25,633 nt of DNA, from positions 1 through 25,633 of the IMG/VR virus record IMGVR_UViG_2778261217_000004, one strand, 5' to 3'. The translations under genes and the position numbers were made by a program. Below the pieces are notes generated by a model. It ran no database searches. It was given only the letters and a program-made list of their open reading frames with translations, and had not been told where the DNA came from. Within the stretch, counting starts at the first letter, position 1; every line of letters begins with the position of its first letter. Below, piece after piece: positions 18,845-25,633 of the stretch. Source of the stretch: a virus. Taxonomy: Duplodnaviria; Heunggongvirae; Uroviricota; Caudoviricetes.

Positions 18845-19224
18845 TGCCTCCATCATTACGAAAAGCCGTTGCTGCTGCTATTGGTGGCGGAGCAATTGCT
18901 ATAGCATCAGTGTTAATCACTGGCCCAAGTGGTAACGATGGTCTGGAAGGTGTCAGCTACATACCATACAAAGATATTGTTGGTGTATGGACTGTATGTC
19001 ACGGGCATACAGGAAAAGACATCATGCTCGGTAAAACGTATACCCACTCACTGTCCGGCACTGCTGCAAGCGCAGGTGCACACGCACATACTGTCGGTAT
19101 TGGTGCTCATACGCACTCGGTTGCGATTGGCTCACATGGACACACCATCACCGTTAACGCTGCTGGTAACGCGGAAAACACCGTCAAAAACATCGCATTT
19201 AACTATATTGTGAGGCTTGCATAA
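18844..19224 (+). pseudogene. rrrD: In-frame fusion: 5' 67 codons of SAR-endolysin joined to the 3' end of a tail-fibre gene
   Basis: Residues 1-67 match the phage 21/DLP12 SAR endolysin N-terminus up to GKTYT; residues 68-126 ([37 protein letters not shown]...[11 protein letters not shown]) are a tail-fibre C-terminus; junction near 19044/19045. Confidence 0.8.
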
Positions 19225-19808
19225 TGGCATTCAGAATGAGTGAACAACCACGGACCATAAAAATTTATAATCTGCTGGCCGGAACTAATGAATTTATTGG
19301 TGAAGGTGACGCATATATTCCGCCTCATACAGGTCTGCCAGCAAACAGTACCGATATTGCACCACCAGATATTCCGGCTGGCTTTGTGGCTGTTTTCAAC
19401 AGTGATGAGGCATCGTGGCATCTCGTTGAAGACCATCGGGGTAAAACCGTCTATGACGTGGCTTCCGGCGACGCGTTATTTATTTCTGAACTCGGCTCAT
19501 TACCGGAAAATGTCACCTGGTTATCCCCGGAAGGGGAGTTTCAGAAGTGGAACGGCACAACCTGGGTGAAAGATGCAGAAGCAGAAAAACTGTTCCGGAT
19601 CCGGGAGGCGGAAGAAACAAAAAACAGCCTGATGCGTGTAGCCAGTGAGCATATTGCGCCACTTCAGGATGCTGCAGATCTGGAAATCGCAACGGAGGAA
19701 GAAACCTCGTTGCTTGAAGCCTGGAAGAAGTATCGGGTGTTGCTGAATCGTGTTGATACATCAACTGCACCTGATATTGAGTGGCCTGCAATCCCTGTTA
19801 TGGAATAA
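19224..19808 (+). CDS. tfa: Tail fibre assembly protein (Tfa family)
   Basis: 194 aa [31 protein letters not shown]..., typical lambdoid Tfa; TAATG overlap with upstream stop. Confidence 0.9.
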   Translation: MAFRMSEQPRTIKIYNLLAGTNEFIGEGDAYIPPHTGLPANSTDIAPPDIPAGFVAVFNSDEASWHLVEDHRGKTVYDVASGDALFISELGSLPENVTWLSPEGEFQKWNGTTWVKDAEAEKLFRIREAEETKNSLMRVASEHIAPLQDAADLEIATEEETSLLEAWKKYRVLLNRVDTSTAPDIEWPAIPVME

Positions 19809-20165
19809 TAGTTTTGTGATATGCCGCAGAAACGTTATATGCAATAACGTGCTGCGGTTGGCTGATGTACTTTCGAGAGTGTATTGAATAATTTCCAACC
19901 GTCATTAATTTTATTTATTTTTTGTATGAGAGGATTTGAACCTCCGAGCCTCGACACCTTATGACAACGCGATATTGCCTTGATGATCGCCATGTGCCAA
20001 AATAACCAATTGATAAATAAGTTTATTTTAATTGGTTGGAAGCAAGTCAGGTCAAATTCAGCATTCCGCTCTCTGTATCGGATAGTTAAATTTTTCTATA
20101 ACTGATAGTAATATGTTAAAACTCACACAGATAAATTATCATTGCTCAACAAGTATAATGGAGTT

Positions 20166-22124
20166 CCCGTGGATACAGCAGAACATGATGGCAAGTTTGC
20201 TTGGGCTAGTTTTTATGAGGCTTTTGCCAACGCGTTACTGACTTGGCGAAATCGTAGAGATGAATTAGTCAAAGGTATTCATCTAATTGCCTCGGGTGTG
20301 GAAGGAATGTCCCATCTGCAGGACAAATCTATTATGGGAGAGATCTTTCCCTTAAAAGACATTTGTCCGTTTACTACTATGGGCTTGTTCAATCGTAACT
20401 TGACCGACAGCAATCGCAAAATTATTGCTGCCAAGCTAGCGAATTTGTTGGGCGTGAACGAACCGATTCCAGACTCCTTTGCCGGAATCCCTCTGTTGAA
20501 TAACCAAAAATCTTGGTTCTTTGGTTATGAAAAGTCACGCGACCCTAATGACATTGAATGCTTGTGGGAAATGTTCTCACAGGCAATGACCTTTGCGGAT
20601 AACCAGAATACTAACTCTGCAGACTTCACTGCCGCATATGACATCGCTTCTACAGTAATGAATGTCGGTTGGAATCTCACCATGGGGTTGTACTGGACCC
20701 GTCCTTGGTTCTACCCCACTTTAGATAGCCAGTCGCAGTATTACATTCAGACAGTGTTAAACATTAAGATCATTAAAAACGGGGCAAAAGGTCGCTGTAG
20801 TGGACAAAGTTACCTGAGTCTTATGCGGGCGCTGAACGAGGTCTTTACCCAACCAAACTATCCGGTTCATTCTTTCCCAGAACTTTCCTTATCAGCGTGG
20901 AATACAGATCTTAGCCAGTCTAAAGATGAAGTGGCAAATAGAACGTGGAAAGCCTCTTTACTGAATAAAATTAAGGCGTTATGCCTGAAAAAAAATGGCC
21001 CTTATTTCACTGCTTCGGAGTTGGAAGAAAACTACTTGGACGTATTCAAGGTAGAGCATCCTGAGAGCAAAACTGTTACAAGCTCAATCTACTTTTATCT
21101 ACAGAAACTATGCAATGATGATGAGTTAAAGTCCCTCGAGTCCGGAAATTATGAATACCTGAATTTTGAGAAAAACGAATCCCAGACGATAACTGAGGAA
21201 ACTGTCGAAGAGAGTGCGCTGTTGCCAAAACTCACCCACGTTCCTTATGACATCAGTCATCTGGTGCAGGATGGCTGTTTCTTGGAAGAGGCTAAGATCC
21301 AACTCACACTTCAGCGCCTGATCGACAAGAAAAACCTGATATTACAAGGACCACCAGGAACTGGAAAAACTTGGTTAGCGCGACGTCTGGCGTACTGCTT
21401 GATGGGAGAAAAAGCACCTGAGCGTATTAGCGCGGTGCAATTTCACCCGAACCTCTCTTACGAAGACTTTATTCGCGGCTGGCGTCCAGGTAAAGAAGGG
21501 CAATTGACGCTAATTGATGGACCTTTTGTAAATGCAATCAAAACTGCAGTCAATAATCCTACCTCGAAATATGTGGTGATAATTGAAGAGATTAATCGTG
21601 GCAATCCGGCGCAAATCTTCGGTGAAACACTCACATTGATGGAAGCAGATAAACGCACGCCGACTGAGGCATTATCTCTTTCCTATCCTAAAAATGCTGA
21701 TGAAAAAATATACATTCCTGAGAATCTATATATCATCGGTACGATGAATATTGCAGACCGCTCACTCGCACTACTTGACCTAGCGCTGCGCCGTCGTTTC
21801 GCGTTTATCGATCTAAAGCCAGCTTTTAATGACGCGTGGAGAAACTGGGTAAATTATAATTACGCAATTGATTTTGACATGTTAGCATTCATCAAATCTC
21901 GACTGACGGTATTAAACGATATGCTGGCAAAAGATGTTACCTTAGGACCACAGTTTTGTATCGGTCACAGCTATGTCACCCCAGCTATCGGCCAAAAAAT
22001 CAACGATGCCCAGGCTTGGTATGAACAAGTCGTTGATACAGAGATCTGCCCTTTGCTCGCCGAATATTGGTTCGATGCTCCAAATAAAGTCGATGAAGCC
22101 AGAAAAGTGTTATTAGCAAAATGA
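20166..22124 (+). CDS. mcrB: McrB-like AAA+ GTPase with a long uncharacterised N-terminal domain
   Basis: C-terminal Walker A GPPGTGKT, Walker B VVIIEEINRGN, McrB signature MNIADRS and RRRF; first ~390 residues not recognisable; start taken as GTG 20166 (GGAG RBS), open frame begins at TTG 20142. Confidence 0.8.
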   Translation, partial: PVDTAEHDGKFAWASFYEAFANALLTWRNRRDELVKGIHLIASGVEGMSHLQDKSIMGEIFPLKDICPFTTMGLFNRNLTDSNRKIIAAKLANLLGVNEPIPDSFAGIPLLNNQKSWFFGYEKSRDPNDIECLWEMFSQAMTFADNQNTNSADFTAAYDIASTVMNVGWNLTMGLYWTRPWFYPTLDSQSQYYIQTVLNIKIIKNGAKGRCSGQSYLSLMRALNEVFTQPNYPVHSFPELSLSAWNTDLSQSKDEVANRTWKASLLNKIKALCLKKNGPYFTASELEENYLDVFKVEHPESKTVTSSIYFYLQKLCNDDELKSLESGNYEYLNFEKNESQTITEETVEESALLPKLTHVPYDISHLVQDGCFLEEAKIQLTLQRLIDKKNLILQGPPGTGKTWLARRLAYCLMGEKAPERISAVQFHPNLSYEDFIRGWRPGKEGQLTLIDGPFVNAIKTAVNNPTSKYVVIIEEINRGNPAQIFGETLTLMEADKRTPTEALSLSYPKNADEKIYIPENLYIIGTMNIADRSLALLDLALRRRFAFIDLKPAFNDAWRNWVNYNYAIDFDMLAFIKSRLTVLNDMLAKDVTLGPQFCIGHSYVTPAIGQKINDAQAWYEQVVDTEICPLLAEYWFDAPNKVDEARKVLLAK

Positions 22125-23242
22125 CGACAATAACCGGGAGTGAGCAACATACAGCATCACGTATTCCCATGCGAAATATCTGGATGCTGATGCTGTACGC
22201 TTCAGATCTGTTTCGCCAGTTAGGGCGCAATCAGATCGCAGTAGAAGATAACCCAGCAGAAATCCCCGACCTGGTGGCGACAATCCTCCTTCATGAGATT
22301 ACGCTGCGCCGACGTCGCAATTTAAATATGGGATACCAAACTTGTCATGCGGCCCTGAACCGGGTGAGAGGGCGCATTGACATACTGTATACTGCCAGTC
22401 ATCAACTGCTGGAACGGGGACAGGTTGCCTGCCATTTTCAAGACATAACCCTCAACACCCCCCGAAATCGCTATGTTCGCTGTGCGTTAGAACGTCTGGC
22501 CTCAATCATAGTGAAACCGTCTTTGGCGGCAGATTGCCATTTTATGGCAATATCACTTCGCCGTGAGGGGATAAATGGAGGATATCCTGCCCCCCACGAA
22601 TTACCCTCAGTGTGGCGTTTTGGACGCCATGATGCCGCAGATAAACCGATGGTCGATGCCGCACGATTAGCTTTTGAACTGCTGATGCCGACCGAAGATC
22701 AAGGCCAATATCTTTTACCTGCGCCCTCAAATAACCTTTACTGGATGAGAAGACTATTTGAAAAAGGTATCGCTGGCTTATATCGTGTACACCTTGCCAA
22801 AACAACTTGGCAGGTCTCTGCAGGGAAAGAGCTGAAATGGGCGTTGAGCGATCAAAGTGCAGGTAGTGCAGAGATTTTCCCGACAATGAAGTCAGACATT
22901 ATTCTGGAACACAAGACTGCCCAGCGGCGTATTATTATCGATACCAAATTTAATTCGATTCTGACAAAGGGTTGGCATCGGGAGCAATCACTACGTAATG
23001 GCTATATTTATCAGCTATATACCTACCTTAGAACACAGGAGAACAAGACGGATCCGCTTTCGCTCAATGCCGCTGGTCTTCTACTTCATCCAGCTGTTGG
23101 CTATATGCTTAATGAGTATGTTGTCACTCAGGGACATAAGATCCATTTTGCTACAGTAGATATGACGGTAGATGCTAAAGCAATTAAAAAACAATTGCTG
23201 GCAATAGCCCATGATTGTGCAGGAGTCGCGGTTGATGACTAA
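22121..23242 (+). CDS. mcrC: McrC-like endonuclease subunit (PD-(D/E)xK)
   Basis: 373 aa; ATGA overlap with the McrB-like gene; nuclease-like block DIILEHK...IIIDTKF. Confidence 0.8.
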   Translation: MTTITGSEQHTASRIPMRNIWMLMLYASDLFRQLGRNQIAVEDNPAEIPDLVATILLHEITLRRRRNLNMGYQTCHAALNRVRGRIDILYTASHQLLERGQVACHFQDITLNTPRNRYVRCALERLASIIVKPSLAADCHFMAISLRREGINGGYPAPHELPSVWRFGRHDAADKPMVDAARLAFELLMPTEDQGQYLLPAPSNNLYWMRRLFEKGIAGLYRVHLAKTTWQVSAGKELKWALSDQSAGSAEIFPTMKSDIILEHKTAQRRIIIDTKFNSILTKGWHREQSLRNGYIYQLYTYLRTQENKTDPLSLNAAGLLLHPAVGYMLNEYVVTQGHKIHFATVDMTVDAKAIKKQLLAIAHDCAGVAVDD

Positions 23243-23954
23243 CCATCCTATAAGGCACTGGCTGTAATATAATCAATAGTTTCAATTAAGTAGCTGTTAT
23301 CCGTGCTTAGTCATCATATGACGCACCACGGTCTAATTTTCCTGCTCATACATTGATATATCCTTGTCGTGCCCGGAAAGTCGCAGTCCACTATGAGGTA
23401 TACCGATTGCCAGCACCAAAAGCTTCTTTGTGATTATTATATCGGGGAATGCCTATTTTTTTAGTGACAATATCAGATAGCAATTAATAAGCGGTGCCGG
23501 TAATGGATGTTATGTTTAATGTATAGACACAGCCATCATAAACTAAACGTCTGTTGTTCGCTCATAACCGACATTTATCTCAGTTATGGAAGATAATTAT
23601 GTATGCAGATAATGGGGCAGACAGTCGTGGAGTAAACAAGGTTTTGCACTGCTTGGCGGCATCGTTATCTTATTTTTAATTATGTGCCTCTTAACATAAG
23701 TTGGGACAAAACAGAGACACATAAGGTCTCACAAAGGTCTGCAAGGCCTCATATGTATTGAGATGTTAATAAAATGTAGGCTTGTAATTTGGATATAAAT
23801 GGTAGAGAAAACCTTTCCCCAAAATAAAAACGAACGTCAATGAAATCAAACGGTTGAATAAAGTTTATTTTGGCTAATAAAAAGACAATAAAATAATTTT
23901 TATCATTAAATATCAATGGCTTGAATTCATGGTTTTTATATACTGTTACGCCAT

Positions 23955-24107
23955 ATGGGCTGGACTGAAGCCGCAGACCTGATTGTTAAAGGTATGGAAG
24001 GCGCAATCAACGCCAAGACTGTAACCTATGACTTCGAACGTCTGATGGAAGGCGCTAAACTGCTGAAATGTTCAGAATTTGGTGATGCGATCATCAAGAA
24101 CATGTAA
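23955..24107 (+). pseudogene. icd: 3' fragment of isocitrate dehydrogenase gene (icd remnant at the prophage junction)
   Basis: Frame encodes ...[49 protein letters not shown], the Icd C-terminus; upstream frame is closed at 23922-23924. Confidence 0.88.
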
Positions 24108-24130
24108 TCACTACATGTGTTTAATATTGC

Positions 24131-24165
24131 AACGGGCGTATAACACGCCCGTTGTTTTATTTATG
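24131..24165 (+). terminator. icd intrinsic terminator
   Basis: Hairpin AACGGGCGT-(5 nt)-ACGCCCGTT followed by GTTTTATTTAT. Confidence 0.75.
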
Positions 24166-24209
24166 TAGGTATTATTAATAGCATATCGAGCATATTTATA
24201 TAAAACCCT

Positions 24210-24533
24210 TTACTTGAGCCCATATGGGCATATTTTTATAATGCAACTATTATGCAAACATTTATTTGTTATTTTGCTTTCTCCTGGAGGACACTCTTGA
24301 CTGCTTTTGAGTAGACTCCATAAATCCTTGTTGAATGGTGCGATGTTATAAATAGTAATAGGATATTCTTTATCTTTAAGGATAATTCCAGATTTAACCG
24401 GTGTAAATATACTGCCAGGAGGGAGAAATATAGTAGATTGATACCAGATGATCATTTTCATATTACCCCATATGGCTGAAAAAGATATGCCGCATGAAGG
24501 TTGAATTATCGTGTCAATTACTATCCACTTCAT
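24210..24533 (-). CDS. iraM: Anti-adaptor protein IraM
   Basis: 107 aa [36 protein letters not shown]..., matching E. coli IraM; AT-rich. Confidence 0.9.
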   Translation of the reverse strand: MKWIVIDTIIQPSCGISFSAIWGNMKMIIWYQSTIFLPPGSIFTPVKSGIILKDKEYPITIYNIAPFNKDLWSLLKSSQECPPGESKITNKCLHNSCIIKICPYGLK

Positions 24534-25228
24534 TTGTTATGTCTTATCCCACGGTATTTAATATAGTTCATTTGGATGTTCATTTCTTTATTTTGCATAT
24601 GAGTATATTACCCCTTCAAAAAATAAATTAATTAAAACGATTACTTATATAAAACAAAATTTAAAGCAAGGAATCTCAATGGATGTTAAACAAAATGAGA
24701 TTTAGTGAAAACAATAAATTATTCACTTCGTTTTAGATTTGTTTAGCTATAATGTTATACATTCAAATGACTGAACATCCTGTAATTAAAACATAGCCTT
24801 TATGCTACTTTGTGCCAATTTGCTAAACATTATGGTTGCCTTTTTATATAACGATAATAATGAATATAAGCATGACATGAGAATAAGGTTTCAATTTTTG
24901 AGTTATATAGGAAAGGTTTAACCTGTTCCTGGCTAAAATACATATAACTGGATGATGACTAAACCAAAACACATGTGCGTTAAGTATTGAAACGGGCGTA
25001 TGGCACACCCGTTGTTTTTATAAATATATTAACCGTTATAAAATAACGTATAGAAAGTCAAGTGATCACATTTCAAATATCAATTTGATAGTATTGGCAT
25101 GGTGATTATTTATGGGTAGCAATAAAAGGACAGTATTTATCATCCATAGGGATAGTCTCTGTACTTTTATTCCCATTATGCTAATGCCTTACTGAATTAT
25201 GAAGCATTTCTTAAGCATCCAACTTTAG

Positions 25229-25633
25229 CTAGATTAATGGTTTATTATTTTCTACATCTTCAATATATAAAAGCGTATTATCAATGGCGTAGTAACTGCG
25301 TTTGTTATGATTAACATCAGTAACCCACCGGAAAACGCCCGCGCCTGCTAGTGTTGAACAGTATTCCCGAAATGTAGATTTTCCGCAAATATGAAGCAAT
25401 GCGGCCTCTTTTATTTTAGCAGGGTTCTTGGTCGTACTAACTTTTAACAGGTTCCTGGTTCCTCTTAATAACAAAACCGTGTCATCGTGAGTAATAATTC
25501 TGATGTTATCCGTAGCCAGATAATAAATGTAATGTGCAATACGGTGATGTTTTAATTCTGAATAAAACCAGGAGAAGTTTTGCTCTTTTCTCACTTGCTC
25601 AAACATCTTTTGAAAAACAACGACCTGATCCAT
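25229..25633 (-). CDS. ycgX: YcgX-family protein (DUF1398)
   Basis: 134-aa ORF whose ATG is the last three bases of the window (25631-25633). Confidence 0.8.
   Translation of the reverse strand: MDQVVVFQKMFEQVRKEQNFSWFYSELKHHRIAHYIYYLATDNIRIITHDDTVLLLRGTRNLLKVSTTKNPAKIKEAALLHICGKSTFREYCSTLAGAGVFRWVTDVNHNKRSYYAIDNTLLYIEDVENNKPLI

Larger units (their letters stand above)
1..23954. mobile_element. Defective mosaic lambdoid prophage (lambda/phage 21/DLP12/e14-like); left end continues beyond window, right end at icd 3' remnant
   Basis: Contiguous phage gene order int-xis-exo-bet-gam-cI-cro-O-P-ren-nin-Q-holin-tfa; no terminase, head or tail genes; icd 3' fragment at 23955-24107 marks the junction. 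Confidence 0.85.

Noticed and set aside
18929-19791. Alternative-frame ORFs over the fusion pseudogene and tfa (18929-19213, 19203-19436, 19288-19569, 19513-19791)
   Set aside because: They overlap recognisable endolysin, tail-fibre and Tfa sequence in the annotated frames.
19925-19962. Complete tRNA gene at the tRNA-like element
   Set aside because: Only a T-arm-like segment is present; no full acceptor stem, D-arm or anticodon arm could be built, so it is reported only as a fragment in the findings.
21458-22886. Minus-strand ORFs inside the McrB-like and McrC-like genes (21458-21658, 22000-22230, 22542-22886)
   Set aside because: Antisense to genes with clear motif support; no independent evidence.
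1-25633. Insertion sequences or transposases
   Set aside because: No transposase-like ORF or terminal inverted repeats seen; the only recombinases are the phage integrase and the ybcK serine recombinase.

Overview
Nearly the whole window (1 to about 23954) is a mosaic, defective lambdoid prophage whose right junction lies at a displaced 3' fragment of icd, followed by host genes iraM and ycgX. All calls are by eye from the sequence and ORF track, with homology judged from memory of the protein families; no searches were run. Minus-strand left arm: int, xis, three accessory genes (unknown 79 aa, TraR/DksA-like zinc finger, stand-alone DGQHR/DndB-like protein), then near-lambda-identical exo, bet, gam. 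Immunity region: candidate OL/pL, an intrinsic terminator, then a two-gene module (HTH-ImmA/IrrE metallopeptidase plus PIN-like DUF4411-type protein) sitting between OL and cI where lambda has rexAB, then cI, OR, cro and a YdaT-like protein. Right arm: O with five ori iterons, P, ren, an AT-rich cargo block (emrE, serine recombinase ybcK, two unknowns), ninB/ybcN, ninE, ybcO, rusA, ylcG, antiterminator Q, an intact nmpC-like porin on the opposite strand, holin, an endolysin 5' end fused in frame to a tail-fibre 3' end (all Rz, terminase, head and tail genes are gone), tfa, and an McrBC-like module with an unusually long N-terminal domain next to attR. The best candidates for an undescribed system are the ImmA/PIN-like pair, the DGQHR protein and the McrBC variant.
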